DNA of 64,000 nt, taken from the IMG/VR virus record IMGVR_UViG_2571042206_000004; one strand, 5' to 3'. Both the position numbers and the translations under genes were made by a program. The DNA is from a virus. Its lineage: Duplodnaviria; Heunggongvirae; Uroviricota; Caudoviricetes. Shown here piece by piece: positions 25,969-35,433 of this stretch. A model generated the notes under the pieces. It worked only from the letters and a program-made list of their open reading frames with translations, did not search any database and was not told where the DNA came from. Numbering within the stretch: the stretch's first letter is position 1; every line of letters starts with the position of its first letter.

Positions 25969-26685
25969 AAGTTTCTAAACTTCCTGCCGCCGTTCTTGTA
26001 CGGCAATCTCCGATTTGAGCATTATGAAATCCTCACTATAAGCAACATTAAACGTGCGGATCTCAAAGTTGAAACAGAGCTGATGAATAAGAAGTGGTTT
26101 GATTACAGAATCATGCACCCACTTATGGCCACTTATTATTTTTTCCACTTGTACAGCGAAGCTTACAAAAACTTTTGGCGTCAAAACATCAACTGCGAGC
26201 AGGCAGACTTTGTAAAGCCAATGCGTAAGTACGTTGATTTTCTCGACTCAACTCAAGAGCGAAATACAATTTGGCGTTTAAGACAAATGGTAGATGCTTG
26301 CGGCATGAGATATGAGTTCTTTTTTACAAGTGCAATGAAGCATTTGCATAAGATGATCTATAACGGTCGAATTATGCCACCACGCCCATCAATGCTTAAA
26401 AATGAAGAGCTGTTCGAAAAAGTGTATGCAGACTGGTTGGAAACATGTGAGGCGGTAACTCAATACGCTTGTAGCCCCTACTTCAACGTCGCAAACTACT
26501 CAAACAGTGTAGTTCAACGTGATTATGAGGACTATTTGATTAAGCAAATTAAGCGTAAACGTTTACCTCAATATGCTTTGTCTTATTGTCTTTATGAGAA
26601 AGAGTGCTTGAGAATCGAGAGGGTCATTGCTGAGTTTGATCTTGACATTGTTCAGGAGGCGATCAATGAAGCTAAATTCATTTAA
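25945..26685 (+). CDS. Hypothetical phage protein
   Basis: 246 aa ORF filling the gap; no motif recognised; start uncertain. Confidence 0.7.
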   Translation: MHPSSPKSKFLNFLPPFLYGNLRFEHYEILTISNIKRADLKVETELMNKKWFDYRIMHPLMATYYFFHLYSEAYKNFWRQNINCEQADFVKPMRKYVDFLDSTQERNTIWRLRQMVDACGMRYEFFFTSAMKHLHKMIYNGRIMPPRPSMLKNEELFEKVYADWLETCEAVTQYACSPYFNVANYSNSVVQRDYEDYLIKQIKRKRLPQYALSYCLYEKECLRIERVIAEFDLDIVQEAINEAKFI

Positions 26686-26703
26686 ATATTTCTTTTAATA
26701 GTC

Positions 26704-26717
26704 AGTCAGTACTGACT
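26704..26717. promoter_or_regulatory. 14 bp palindromic operator, AGTCA subtype (perfect)
   Basis: AGTCAGTACTGACT, overlapping TATACT at 26717-26722. Confidence 0.8.
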
Positions 26718-26753
26718 ATACTAATTGGGTATTTAATATAGAAGGAACTATAT

Positions 26754-27293
26754 ATGATTCAAGGTTGGAATACTCAGGATGAGATGATTTCTCAAGCACA
26801 ATATGGTCGTATGATGATGCAAAACGAACCTGATGAGGAATTCGGGCAAGCGATTGATCAGAAAGTGCCAAACCCATACATAAAAGAGCGATTTGCGGTA
26901 GGTAACTCCGCTATGCCGCCTGTGGTTACTGACACTTTAGAGTTTCGTCACCCTTACAACCATCCAAAAGGTACATTGCGTCATGGTTTCCGTGATCAAA
27001 AAGAGTGGAGAAAGGGAATCTTTAGTAATGATCAGACAGAGAGCAAAAAAACTTTCTTATCTGGTCATCGTAAATATTTGTTCAACTTACAAGAGACTCA
27101 AAGTCCAATCGAAGTGACGTTGACCAATGGCATGACGTACACGGGAACCATTCGAACCTCAGATGAAGAAACGATTTCGCTTGAGTGTCCGAATGAAGAC
27201 GGCAAAACCTACACTGTGCGAGTGATTTTTAAACACAATTTGGTAATGTTCTCACCGATTACTGCGGTGACAACTGCACCAAGACCAAGCTAA
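26754..27293 (+). CDS. Protein with C-terminal Hfq/Sm-like domain
   Basis: PIEVTLTNGMTYTGTIRTSDEETISL (Sm1-like) and RVIFKHNLVMFSP (Hfq YKHAI-like Sm2). Confidence 0.7.
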   Translation: MIQGWNTQDEMISQAQYGRMMMQNEPDEEFGQAIDQKVPNPYIKERFAVGNSAMPPVVTDTLEFRHPYNHPKGTLRHGFRDQKEWRKGIFSNDQTESKKTFLSGHRKYLFNLQETQSPIEVTLTNGMTYTGTIRTSDEETISLECPNEDGKTYTVRVIFKHNLVMFSPITAVTTAPRPS

Positions 27294-27302
27294 GGTGTAA
27301 CT

Positions 27303-28700
27303 ATGTCAGTTCAAAGTACTGCGGCGGCTCAGCCCGCCACAGCACAACAGCCAGTAACAGATCAATTTGAGTTTGACGATGCTTTTCAGTTGAAGATAGC
27401 AGCGCTTTCTTTGCGTGATAGTGAATTTTTGCGTCGATCAGCCATGATGTTAAAACCTGAGTTTTTCGTAAACGAAGGGCTAGGACAGTTGGTTGCGGTC
27501 GCATTAGACCACTTTCAAAAATACAACTGCGCTCCAGATAACGCTTCTTTAATCGCTCAGCTGAAAGAAAGAATAACGAAGCGGGCCATTCGTAGAGAGT
27601 TGACGCCACTTGTTATTCAAGCAGCTAAAGACGTTCAGTTAGCAGACTTATCTAACCGTCAATTTGTCGAAGAAAAATTGGTGGATTTTGCTCGCACATT
27701 CGCGATGAAAACTGCAATTTTGAAGGCGGTCGATCTACTTAACAAAGGTAAAGTCGAAGCGATTCACCCTGTCATTGAAGAAGCGCTTGCTGTCGGTATT
27801 AATGAAGATGGCGCGGGTTATGACTTCTTTGCTCATGATCGCATCCAGCAACGTACCGTTGAGCGCATAGAGAAGGTGAGTGGCGTTCTTCCTCCACAGG
27901 GTATATCGACGGGCGACCCTCGTTTAGATGGGCTTTTATATCATCGAGGATGGGGGCGCAAAGAGTTATATGCGTTCTTGGGTGGGCCAAAGTCAGGTAA
28001 AACTACAGCTTTAATTCACTTTGCTCGAATTGCCTCATGGTTAGGTTTTAACGTTTTGTACGCAACCTTAGAAGTGGGCGCAAATATCATTGCGGATCGT
28101 TTTGATGCGTCGCTTACAGACACCATGATGAAAGAGCTTGGCGTGAAAGCCAATGATGTTGCGCAACAAATTCAGAAGCTCGCTAAAGAATCTGGTCAAT
28201 TGCGTATTCATGAATACGCATCAGGAACATTGACTGGCAATCAGTTGCGAAATCTCATTCAGTCTTACAAGCGTGCAGCTCGTAACCCGGATGGAACAAT
28301 TCGACCGCCAATAACTTTCGATTTAATCGTAGTCGATTATGCAGACATTATGGCGCCGAATTACCGCACATCAGACCCAATCGAAAACTCAAAGCAAGTC
28401 TGGGTGGATCTTCGTGCAATCGCCTTTGAAGAAAATGCCGCTGTTCTAACCGCGACTCAATCGAATCGTGATGGTAGTAAACAAACGGTAGCCAAAGCAG
28501 AACACGTAGCAGACGACTTTAACAAAGTGCGTATCGTGGATTTGATGATTTCGATTAACAAAACCGAAGAAGAGCGTCAAAACGGTGAAGCGCGGTTGTA
28601 TTTTGCTGCATCACGTAACCAAGAAGCAGGTTTCACAATCGTTATTAAGCAAGACTTATCTCGTATGAAGTTCATCGAGAGAATTTTAAGGGTGGACTAA
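27303..28700 (+). CDS. dnaB: DnaB-like replicative helicase
   Basis: Walker A GGPKSGKTT, TLEV, LIVVDY, TATQSNR, D..ISI. Confidence 0.9.
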   Translation: MSVQSTAAAQPATAQQPVTDQFEFDDAFQLKIAALSLRDSEFLRRSAMMLKPEFFVNEGLGQLVAVALDHFQKYNCAPDNASLIAQLKERITKRAIRRELTPLVIQAAKDVQLADLSNRQFVEEKLVDFARTFAMKTAILKAVDLLNKGKVEAIHPVIEEALAVGINEDGAGYDFFAHDRIQQRTVERIEKVSGVLPPQGISTGDPRLDGLLYHRGWGRKELYAFLGGPKSGKTTALIHFARIASWLGFNVLYATLEVGANIIADRFDASLTDTMMKELGVKANDVAQQIQKLAKESGQLRIHEYASGTLTGNQLRNLIQSYKRAARNPDGTIRPPITFDLIVVDYADIMAPNYRTSDPIENSKQVWVDLRAIAFEENAAVLTATQSNRDGSKQTVAKAEHVADDFNKVRIVDLMISINKTEEERQNGEARLYFAASRNQEAGFTIVIKQDLSRMKFIERILRVD

Positions 28701-28784
28701 ATGCGAAAGTCAAAAAAGATCACTGAAATCTGGCTCATCTTTGTGCAGGTCATGCTAGGCATTGCGGTTGTGGCGGGGCGCTAA
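28701..28784 (+). CDS. Possible 27 aa hydrophobic peptide (not in ORF track)
   Basis: MRKSKKITEIWLIFVQVMLGIAVVAGR; ATG abuts the dnaB stop; a terminator follows. Confidence 0.35.
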   Translation: MRKSKKITEIWLIFVQVMLGIAVVAGR

Positions 28785-28817
28785 GTTTGATCTTTGAGTC
28801 ATAACTGACATTGCCAG

Positions 28818-28847
28818 ATAGGGGTTCAAGTAACCCCTATTTTTATT
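28818..28847 (+). terminator. Intrinsic terminator between helicase and primase genes
   Basis: ATAGGGGTT-CAAGT-AACCCCTAT then TTTTATT. Confidence 0.7.
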
Positions 28848-28886
28848 CATTAACATTTACTTATGTGATTTTTTAAGGGTGAAATT

Positions 28887-29999
28887 ATGAGTGGCCAACC
28901 GTCAAAAGAAGATTTTGGCGAAATACTCGACCACATTGATATTGAGTATTGGCTAAATCGTGAAGGCGTTGAGTATAAAGTTACTCGTGGTCGAAATGGT
29001 GTGCAGCTGAACTTGAAGGAATGTCCTGTTTGCGGTAACGCGAATTGGAAGGTCTACATTGGGGCCACGACAGGTTTGGGCAACTGCTTTCATGGTGACT
29101 GTGAGGCTAAATTCTCTAAATGGTCATTTATTAAAGCTGAGCTTGGCAATTTAACCAATAAAGAAATTGCAGAACACATCAAGGTCGTTGCAAGGGAGCA
29201 GGGTTGGCAACCGAAGCATAAACAAGAAGTCCAGCGACCAAAGTTGGGAAATCTGCACTTTCCAGCTTCGTTTGAGTTGCCCATTCTCGGTAAAGACTCA
29301 AAGCTTCACAATTTGAAGTATTTAGCTGATCGAGGCATTAGCATCGAGACGGCTAAAGCTTTTGGTCTGCGTTTTTGTCAGCAGGGTTCTTTTTCTTACA
29401 TCGATTCATTCGGTCAGAAGAAGCGCCAAAGTTTTGATAACCGCATCATCATTCCCGTTCGAGATCTGAATGGAAAATTAGTTTCGTATCAAGGGCGTGA
29501 CATTACAGGCTTAGCTGAGAAGAAATATCTTTTTCCTTCAGGTTATGCGTCTACAGCTGCCTTTCTTTACAACGGTAATAACGCGTATGGATGCGTAGAT
29601 ATTGCGATGGGTGAAGGCGCTTTTGACGTCATGGCTATACATCAAGCCTTTTCAGAAGATGACGCACTTTGCAATGTCGGTGTCATTGGTTCGTTCGGTA
29701 AACACCTTTCATACGGCGATGAAGAAACACAATTCGCAGAACTGTTAAAGCTCAAAGAGGCTGGTTTGCAACGCTTGACCTTTATGTGGGATGGAGAGCG
29801 ACGAGCAATTCAAGATGCAATCGAAGCAGCTCTAATGGTTCGTAAATGTGGCATCACTGTACGAATAGCCATCCTCCCTCCCGGCAAAGACCCTAATGAA
29901 ATTCCACCAGAAATGGTGCGCTCACTCTACAGATCGGCAATTGTCGTCAATGAAATGAGCGCGGTAACTCTCAAGCTACAATATGGAGTCAAAAAATGA
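28887..29999 (+). CDS. DNA primase (zinc-binding + TOPRIM)
   Basis: CPVCG...NCFHGDC zinc domain; RIIIP, GEGAFD, MWDGE, KDPNE. Confidence 0.9.
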   Translation: MSGQPSKEDFGEILDHIDIEYWLNREGVEYKVTRGRNGVQLNLKECPVCGNANWKVYIGATTGLGNCFHGDCEAKFSKWSFIKAELGNLTNKEIAEHIKVVAREQGWQPKHKQEVQRPKLGNLHFPASFELPILGKDSKLHNLKYLADRGISIETAKAFGLRFCQQGSFSYIDSFGQKKRQSFDNRIIIPVRDLNGKLVSYQGRDITGLAEKKYLFPSGYASTAAFLYNGNNAYGCVDIAMGEGAFDVMAIHQAFSEDDALCNVGVIGSFGKHLSYGDEETQFAELLKLKEAGLQRLTFMWDGERRAIQDAIEAALMVRKCGITVRIAILPPGKDPNEIPPEMVRSLYRSAIVVNEMSAVTLKLQYGVKK

Positions 30000-30352
30000 T
30001 TCAAAGGTTTCTTAAATTATTTAACAGAAAGCCATCTGAAATAAAGATCAATGGTAAAAGTTATCACGGCTCAAACGTGGTCATTCAAGACGATGGCATT
30101 TTCATTGATGGAGGTTGCGTTCAGGGCCTTTCGCCAAAAATTGAAGTTGTGATAAATGGCGATTGTGATTCAGTGGATACTACAAGTGGAAATGTCAGAA
30201 TTGAAGGCAATGTGGGCGACATTAGCACAGTATCGGGCAACGTGACTTGTGGCGACGTTACTGGTGATATTGAGACCGTTACTGGCGATGTTCGAGCGCG
30301 TGTGATCAAGGGCGATATTGAAACCCTTTCTGGCGATGTAACTACAAGATAG
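29996..30352 (+). CDS. Beta-helix repeat protein (bactofilin/DUF4097-like)
   Basis: Repeats of G[DN][VI].T.[ST]G.V. Confidence 0.6.
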   Translation: MIQRFLKLFNRKPSEIKINGKSYHGSNVVIQDDGIFIDGGCVQGLSPKIEVVINGDCDSVDTTSGNVRIEGNVGDISTVSGNVTCGDVTGDIETVTGDVRARVIKGDIETLSGDVTTR

Positions 30353-30363
30353 GAAGCGATCAA

Positions 30364-30879
30364 ATGACCCTTAAAATCGAAATGGTTGAATACATGATCT
30401 GTGACTCAAGTTCGGGCGGCAAAGATTATATGCTTATCCATGCGTATAACACCCAAACTGGCGCGGGTTGGGTTAGAGGATATTACGGGAAGTTATCCGG
30501 GCGGTTTCAAGAAGTGGTTTATCTTTTTAAGGATGCGCGCTCAGCCAAAGAGCATCTTTCAAAAGTGATTGATGAGAAAAAATCAAAAGGCTACACCTCA
30601 CACACGCCTGAAGAACGCAAATTGGCAAACACGCTATTTGGAAAATTTAGAGACCTTTGCGCACACGAAATTGTGGTGAGAAGACCACATATGATCGAAT
30701 TTAACGCAAACAGAATAATGAAGGCGACATTAAGTCAATTTTTGGCAGATGACTACCTTGAATACCTTTTTGGGGTTATGGATGACCAATACGCAATGCC
30801 GACTGTGCCAGTATCAAAAGCATCAGAAGCGAAACGTATCCAAGAAAGCTATGGCTCCAAGTGGGGTGCGTGGTCATGA
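30364..30879 (+). CDS. WGR-domain-like protein
   Basis: KDY.L....W...YGK......F...SA...L.K...EK.SKGY resembles WGR with YGK at the motif. Confidence 0.5.
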   Translation: MTLKIEMVEYMICDSSSGGKDYMLIHAYNTQTGAGWVRGYYGKLSGRFQEVVYLFKDARSAKEHLSKVIDEKKSKGYTSHTPEERKLANTLFGKFRDLCAHEIVVRRPHMIEFNANRIMKATLSQFLADDYLEYLFGVMDDQYAMPTVPVSKASEAKRIQESYGSKWGAWS

Positions 30880-31298
30880 TCAGGCTTAAAACTGGCGGTT
30901 CATACATGAGCCATGACTTTTCTACAACTAGATCCATCCATCTTGTTAGCGTCGGTGACGACCCTAACAAATGTGTGGTTTTTGATTTTATTGTCAATCA
31001 GAAAGCAAATGGCAAATTCAAGATCACAGACAATAGTTTTGTCTGCCGCATTAATGAGGGGATAAATCACATTGCGCTTGAGGTGGAAAAATTAGGAAAA
31101 GACGAAAAATTTGCAGGCTCCAAAGCAATTCAGTTTGGACTATCTGCATTTAAAAACAACTCAATGCTATCGACTGAGGACATTGTTCAACGAATCGGCA
31201 AGTTTTTGACTGAAGCCAAGATAAGAATCTTGGTGTCAAAAGCAAGCTCAAGATATGAGACGGAAGGCAAGAGTTTGGTTTGGGGTAGTTGGAGTTAA
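30876..31298 (+). CDS. Hypothetical protein ending in WGSWS
   Basis: ATGA overlap with the upstream stop; C-terminal motif shared with the previous gene. Confidence 0.65.
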   Translation: MIRLKTGGSYMSHDFSTTRSIHLVSVGDDPNKCVVFDFIVNQKANGKFKITDNSFVCRINEGINHIALEVEKLGKDEKFAGSKAIQFGLSAFKNNSMLSTEDIVQRIGKFLTEAKIRILVSKASSRYETEGKSLVWGSWS

Positions 31299-31380
31299 TT
31301 ATGGCTATCAAACCGCATCTATTTAAACCCCTACTGTCGCTTAATAAAATGACCATACCGAAACAAACAATGAGTATTCA

Positions 31381-31998
31381 ATGAATAATCGTATAGAAAT
31401 AGTGCCATTCGTCGATACAGCAATTTACCCTGTTGAAGCTTCTGCTCAAGGGGACAATGCTTTTTACCTTGAATATTGTGGCGCTTCTGGTTATCGCCCA
31501 GCTTATGCTTCGTGCTTAAATCGCATACGCGAGATAGAGGCGGGTAAATTGCTTCCATCTGTTGAGTCTGGTTGCTCAGCTGCAATATGCAATAAAGTTT
31601 GTCAGGCGTTGACTATGCGCCAAGAAGAGAAGCGGAATGGTGCAGCGATCTACTACATCAACCGAGTTAAGATGCGCCAGAACGTGCGTCACAACGCAGC
31701 TCAATACGGTATTAAAATTTCCGATATCGTAATTAAAAACGACATTAAAAAGCCAACTCTTACGCCGTCAGAGCCAGTAAATACATTCGAAGTTGGTTCG
31801 ATTGCAGACGCCATAAATAGTCGCATTGCTAAGGAAATGAAGTCGGAAAATCAACAATCCGCTTTAAATTCCACTGAGAAACCTTTATCATCACATAAAG
31901 ATCAGTCAGTACTGACTGTTAAAAAAAGGTATGTCATTAATAGATATTGCCAAAGCAAAGCGACAACAATTAAGTGTTTGAGTATTAGTGGTAGGTAA
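31381..31998 (+). CDS. Hypothetical Cys-containing phage protein
   Basis: ORF in operon order; four Cys in the N-terminal half; its 3' end overlaps an operator. Confidence 0.65.
   Translation: MNNRIEIVPFVDTAIYPVEASAQGDNAFYLEYCGASGYRPAYASCLNRIREIEAGKLLPSVESGCSAAICNKVCQALTMRQEEKRNGAAIYYINRVKMRQNVRHNAAQYGIKISDIVIKNDIKKPTLTPSEPVNTFEVGSIADAINSRIAKEMKSENQQSALNSTEKPLSSHKDQSVLTVKKRYVINRYCQSKATTIKCLSISGR
31904..31917. promoter_or_regulatory. 14 bp palindromic operator, AGTCA subtype (perfect)
   Basis: AGTCAGTACTGACT, 85 bp before the next ATG; inside the 3' end of ORF 31381-31998. Confidence 0.7.
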
Positions 31999-32001
31999 TT
32001 T

Positions 32002-32259
32002 ATGACTGATTTATATCAAATATTAAGTTGCCAAGTTGCTGAGGTTAAGCGAACTAAAGGCGCAACACGAAAAGACATCATTAACGCCCTTAAAAAATTG
32101 ATGGGTGATGAGTTGGGTAACTTTGCTGCGGCGAAGCATTTAGACGATGAGCAAATCAGAGCAATGGTTGCTGATTTAGCAAGTGGCGTTGAGCTGATAG
32201 CTCAGCAAAGAGTTTCAAATATAGAGCGCATTGAGCGTGATTATCTGGCCCGTTTATAA
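32002..32259 (+). CDS. Hypothetical protein
   Basis: 85 aa ORF in operon order with an upstream GGTAGG RBS. Confidence 0.65.
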   Translation: MTDLYQILSCQVAEVKRTKGATRKDIINALKKLMGDELGNFAAAKHLDDEQIRAMVADLASGVELIAQQRVSNIERIERDYLARL

Positions 32260-32287
32260 CGGGCCAATGTAAAAATTGGAGTAACAA

Positions 32288-33691
32288 ATGGCAACTTTGG
32301 AGCCAGTCTTAACACAAACATTCAATAGCGACCTTGTGTGTCAGGCGCTCAATGAAATAGCTCAAGAGAGTTCTAAAAATAAAAAACTGGAAATGGTGAG
32401 CCACTACATAAGCAATCCTTTATTTAAAGAAGTGTGTTCACTTGCTTATAACCCATTCCGCATATTTGGTATTCTCCCGGATAAAGATGCAAAGGGCACT
32501 GGTGAGCTATGGTTTGACGAAGCGGATACTTTAGAAATCATATACGCACTAGAAAAACGTGAACTTACAGGCAATGCAGCTCGCGAAGCGGTTCGTTGTC
32601 AGCTGGCTCAATTGAGCGAAAAGTCAGGCGATCTATTTATTCGAATTTTGCGTAAAGACTTACGCGCAGGCTTTAGTGAATCAACAATCAATAAAGCATG
32701 CAAAGGCTTAATTCCTGAATTTCCATATCAACGTTGTTCTTTGCCTAAAGATGCAAAATTTGATACGTGGACATGGGGCAAAGGCGTTTTCTCACAAGAG
32801 AAAGCAGACGGCATGTACGCGAACGGAAATAAACGTGCAAATGAACTACTTTCATTTGTCTCTCGTCAAGGCTCTCAATTCCCTATGGATGAGTTTAAAG
32901 ACATCGTAGAAGAAGCGGAGCTTTTACTTCAGCCTAACTTCCAGTATCACGGCGAGCTACTTGTCGAGCGTGATGGTGTAGAGCTTCCACGAGAGATTGG
33001 CAATGGCATTCTTAATAGCGTCTTGAAGGGCGGTAAATTTGCCGAGAATGAGCGTCCAATTTATAAAGTGTGGGATTTCATCCCTTTTGAGGCGGTAGTG
33101 CCAAAAGGGGTATTTAAGGCGCCATACGCTAATCGTTTTCGCGCACTGTTTAACATGGTTAAGGGCGGTAAATACATTCGCATCATCGAGACCCGTATTG
33201 TAAATAGCCTAAGCGAAGCATATAAGCACTGTGAAGAGAAGCTGCTATTAGGAAAAGAAGGCACGGTTATTAAAAACTCAACAGCAATTTGGAAAGACGG
33301 CACAAGTAAAGAACAAATCAAATTAAAGCTTGAGGCTGACTGTGAGTTAGAAGTCGTGGGTATCAATGAAGGCAAGGCTGGATCGAAAAATGAAGGAAGG
33401 GCAGGGGCATTAAGTTGCAAGTCAGCGTGCGGTCAATTAATTGTCGACGTCGCCGTTAAAAATGAAAAATTACGTGACGAATTGGACGCAAACCCGGAAG
33501 ACTGGATTGGTCGAATCATTACTGTGCGTTCGAACACGATTCTAAAACCTTCAGCGAGCAGTCCTAATTATTCGTTGTTTTTGCCACGCATGGTTGAAGA
33601 CTGTTATCGCTTAGACAAAACGGTTGCAGACGATCTAGCGCGCATTTATGAGCAATTTGATAACGCGATTAAAAACGTACAGGTAGGTTAA
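32288..33691 (+). CDS. ATP-dependent DNA ligase
   Basis: Motif I QEKADG, HGEL, VWDF, EGTVIK, KLK, LFLPR. Confidence 0.92.
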   Translation: MATLEPVLTQTFNSDLVCQALNEIAQESSKNKKLEMVSHYISNPLFKEVCSLAYNPFRIFGILPDKDAKGTGELWFDEADTLEIIYALEKRELTGNAAREAVRCQLAQLSEKSGDLFIRILRKDLRAGFSESTINKACKGLIPEFPYQRCSLPKDAKFDTWTWGKGVFSQEKADGMYANGNKRANELLSFVSRQGSQFPMDEFKDIVEEAELLLQPNFQYHGELLVERDGVELPREIGNGILNSVLKGGKFAENERPIYKVWDFIPFEAVVPKGVFKAPYANRFRALFNMVKGGKYIRIIETRIVNSLSEAYKHCEEKLLLGKEGTVIKNSTAIWKDGTSKEQIKLKLEADCELEVVGINEGKAGSKNEGRAGALSCKSACGQLIVDVAVKNEKLRDELDANPEDWIGRIITVRSNTILKPSASSPNYSLFLPRMVEDCYRLDKTVADDLARIYEQFDNAIKNVQVG

Positions 33692-33696
33692 ATACA

Positions 33697-34086
33697 ATGC
33701 GAAAAATACAAGGTAAGCATAAATCAGCGTTGTTAGTTGTTGCGGCTGCAATCTTAACAGCGGCAAGCATAGCTACTTTTGCACCATCGGCACACGCGGC
33801 AGTTTCTGCCCGTGCGTCGGTATCTTCTGCGCGATCTGTTTCGGTTTCACGCCCTTCGGCAATTCGCTCAATATCTACAACGCCAGTGAGAACAAGCTAT
33901 AAGCCGACCGTTAGCAAGCCAGTAGTAACGAAGCCAACGACACCCGCTCGCACATCATATGTAAGCAGCTCGGCGGCAAAGAAAAAGCGCTCTACTGGCC
34001 CTGAATATGAATATTACGCTTGGGGCGACTGTGCGCCTTATTCAAATTTAAACTTTAGAGGCTGGAAATGCCTAGACCGCGATTAA
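33697..34086 (+). CDS. Signal-peptide-bearing Ser/Thr/Pro-rich protein
   Basis: Basic N-terminus, hydrophobic stretch, AHA cleavage-like site, low-complexity body, two C-terminal Cys. Confidence 0.6.
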   Translation: MRKIQGKHKSALLVVAAAILTAASIATFAPSAHAAVSARASVSSARSVSVSRPSAIRSISTTPVRTSYKPTVSKPVVTKPTTPARTSYVSSSAAKKKRSTGPEYEYYAWGDCAPYSNLNFRGWKCLDRD

Positions 34087-34089
34087 AAG

Positions 34090-34725
34090 GTGAATAAAAT
34101 GATTTTAATAATTTCAGGAAAAACATGTTCGGGGAAATCGACTCTCGCGAAACACCTTATTGAGAATGGCGGTTTTGGGCGAATCGTAACTTGCACAACT
34201 CGACAACCGCGTGAAGGCGAGAAAAATGGTGTCCATTACCACTTCTTGACCAAAGAGCAATTCAGCGATGCCATTAACAAAGACGAGTTTATTGAGTTTA
34301 ACGTGCATGGTGGCGTCATGTACGGTGTGCGCAAGAAAGAGATCATTCAAGCAATAGATGCGCCGTTTGACTCTTTGATAGTGATTGAACCCGTCGGTCG
34401 TCGTAAGCTTGTAAAATATCTTCAAGGTAATCAAATGCGATATTTGTCGATCTACCTTGACATAAGCTCGGTAATACAAGCTGAACGGTTTATGAATCGC
34501 ATTCAAATGGCGAGCGCTAATGAATTAACAGATTTAACTGACCGTATGGCGTCTATGTTGGAAGTTGAGCAAAACTGGCTTAAATCATCAACCACTGACG
34601 GCTCTTGTGATATGGTTTTTGCGTCGTTTAATACAGCATCCGATTTAAAGCATGTGACGGACATCATCATGCAGCATGTGATGAAAAAACCATTTGATCA
34701 AACCGAAAAGGCAAAGGCAGTTTGA
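34090..34725 (+). CDS. Guanylate-kinase-like nucleoside monophosphate kinase
   Basis: ISGKTCSGKST P-loop, TTRQPREGEKNGVHYHF, EF..HGG.MYG. Confidence 0.85.
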   Translation: MNKMILIISGKTCSGKSTLAKHLIENGGFGRIVTCTTRQPREGEKNGVHYHFLTKEQFSDAINKDEFIEFNVHGGVMYGVRKKEIIQAIDAPFDSLIVIEPVGRRKLVKYLQGNQMRYLSIYLDISSVIQAERFMNRIQMASANELTDLTDRMASMLEVEQNWLKSSTTDGSCDMVFASFNTASDLKHVTDIIMQHVMKKPFDQTEKAKAV

Positions 34726-34804
34726 TTAGCCTAAGCAAATAATTCCAAGTTTTTCAGCACTGTCTAACTATACTAAACTCCATGTAGGCACATGGAGTTT
34801 TTTC

Positions 34805-35419
34805 ATGCTTTTAAAAGATGTTCCTGGTGTTTTGCCAAGACTTGAAAATTCATTAATTTCTAAAACAGATATGTGGACGGCAGAGGTTGATACGGTTATT
34901 CCGGCTCAATTCTTAGCTTTCCGAAAAATTATTAAATCAGACTATCCCGATGTAGATATAGACCGAGATATTAATTATTTAGTGCGTCAGGTGCAGTTTG
35001 CAGAGTTAGAAAATGTTTTAACGTCACCTTTGCGTGATTATGTCGAACCAAACGAAAACTTTTTACTCACAAGCGAATTAAAAGAAGGTTTGCAAAAATT
35101 AAGTCAGACCTATCAACATGCCTTTTTGTTCGGAATGGAAACGCACTATTCTTCTTTTCAGATAGAAACCATGTCATACCAGCAGGCGATTAAGGTTTGT
35201 CCAAACACGGCTTTGGCCACAAGTATTATTAATTCATTAATTCCTAGCTCAAGAACGATCAATGCTTTTTGGAAAGTTGAGAATGGCCAACATGTCCCAC
35301 TGGATGACTTAGAGTCTGAAGTTTATCGTGCTTTCGGCAAAACATGGCGTGAATTGTTGTCTGGATATTCACGATTGATTACGGATGAAATTGACGTTGA
35401 TTTTGTAATGTATCTATAG
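34805..35419 (+). CDS. Hypothetical protein
   Basis: 204 aa ORF with GGAG RBS. Confidence 0.65.
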   Translation: MLLKDVPGVLPRLENSLISKTDMWTAEVDTVIPAQFLAFRKIIKSDYPDVDIDRDINYLVRQVQFAELENVLTSPLRDYVEPNENFLLTSELKEGLQKLSQTYQHAFLFGMETHYSSFQIETMSYQQAIKVCPNTALATSIINSLIPSSRTINAFWKVENGQHVPLDDLESEVYRAFGKTWRELLSGYSRLITDEIDVDFVMYL

Positions 35420-35433
35420 AAATCATCTAATAA

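Noticed and set aside
34752-34765. Possible 18th operator TTTCAGCACTGTCT
   Set aside because: Three mismatches and broken symmetry; not counted, although a TATACT follows.
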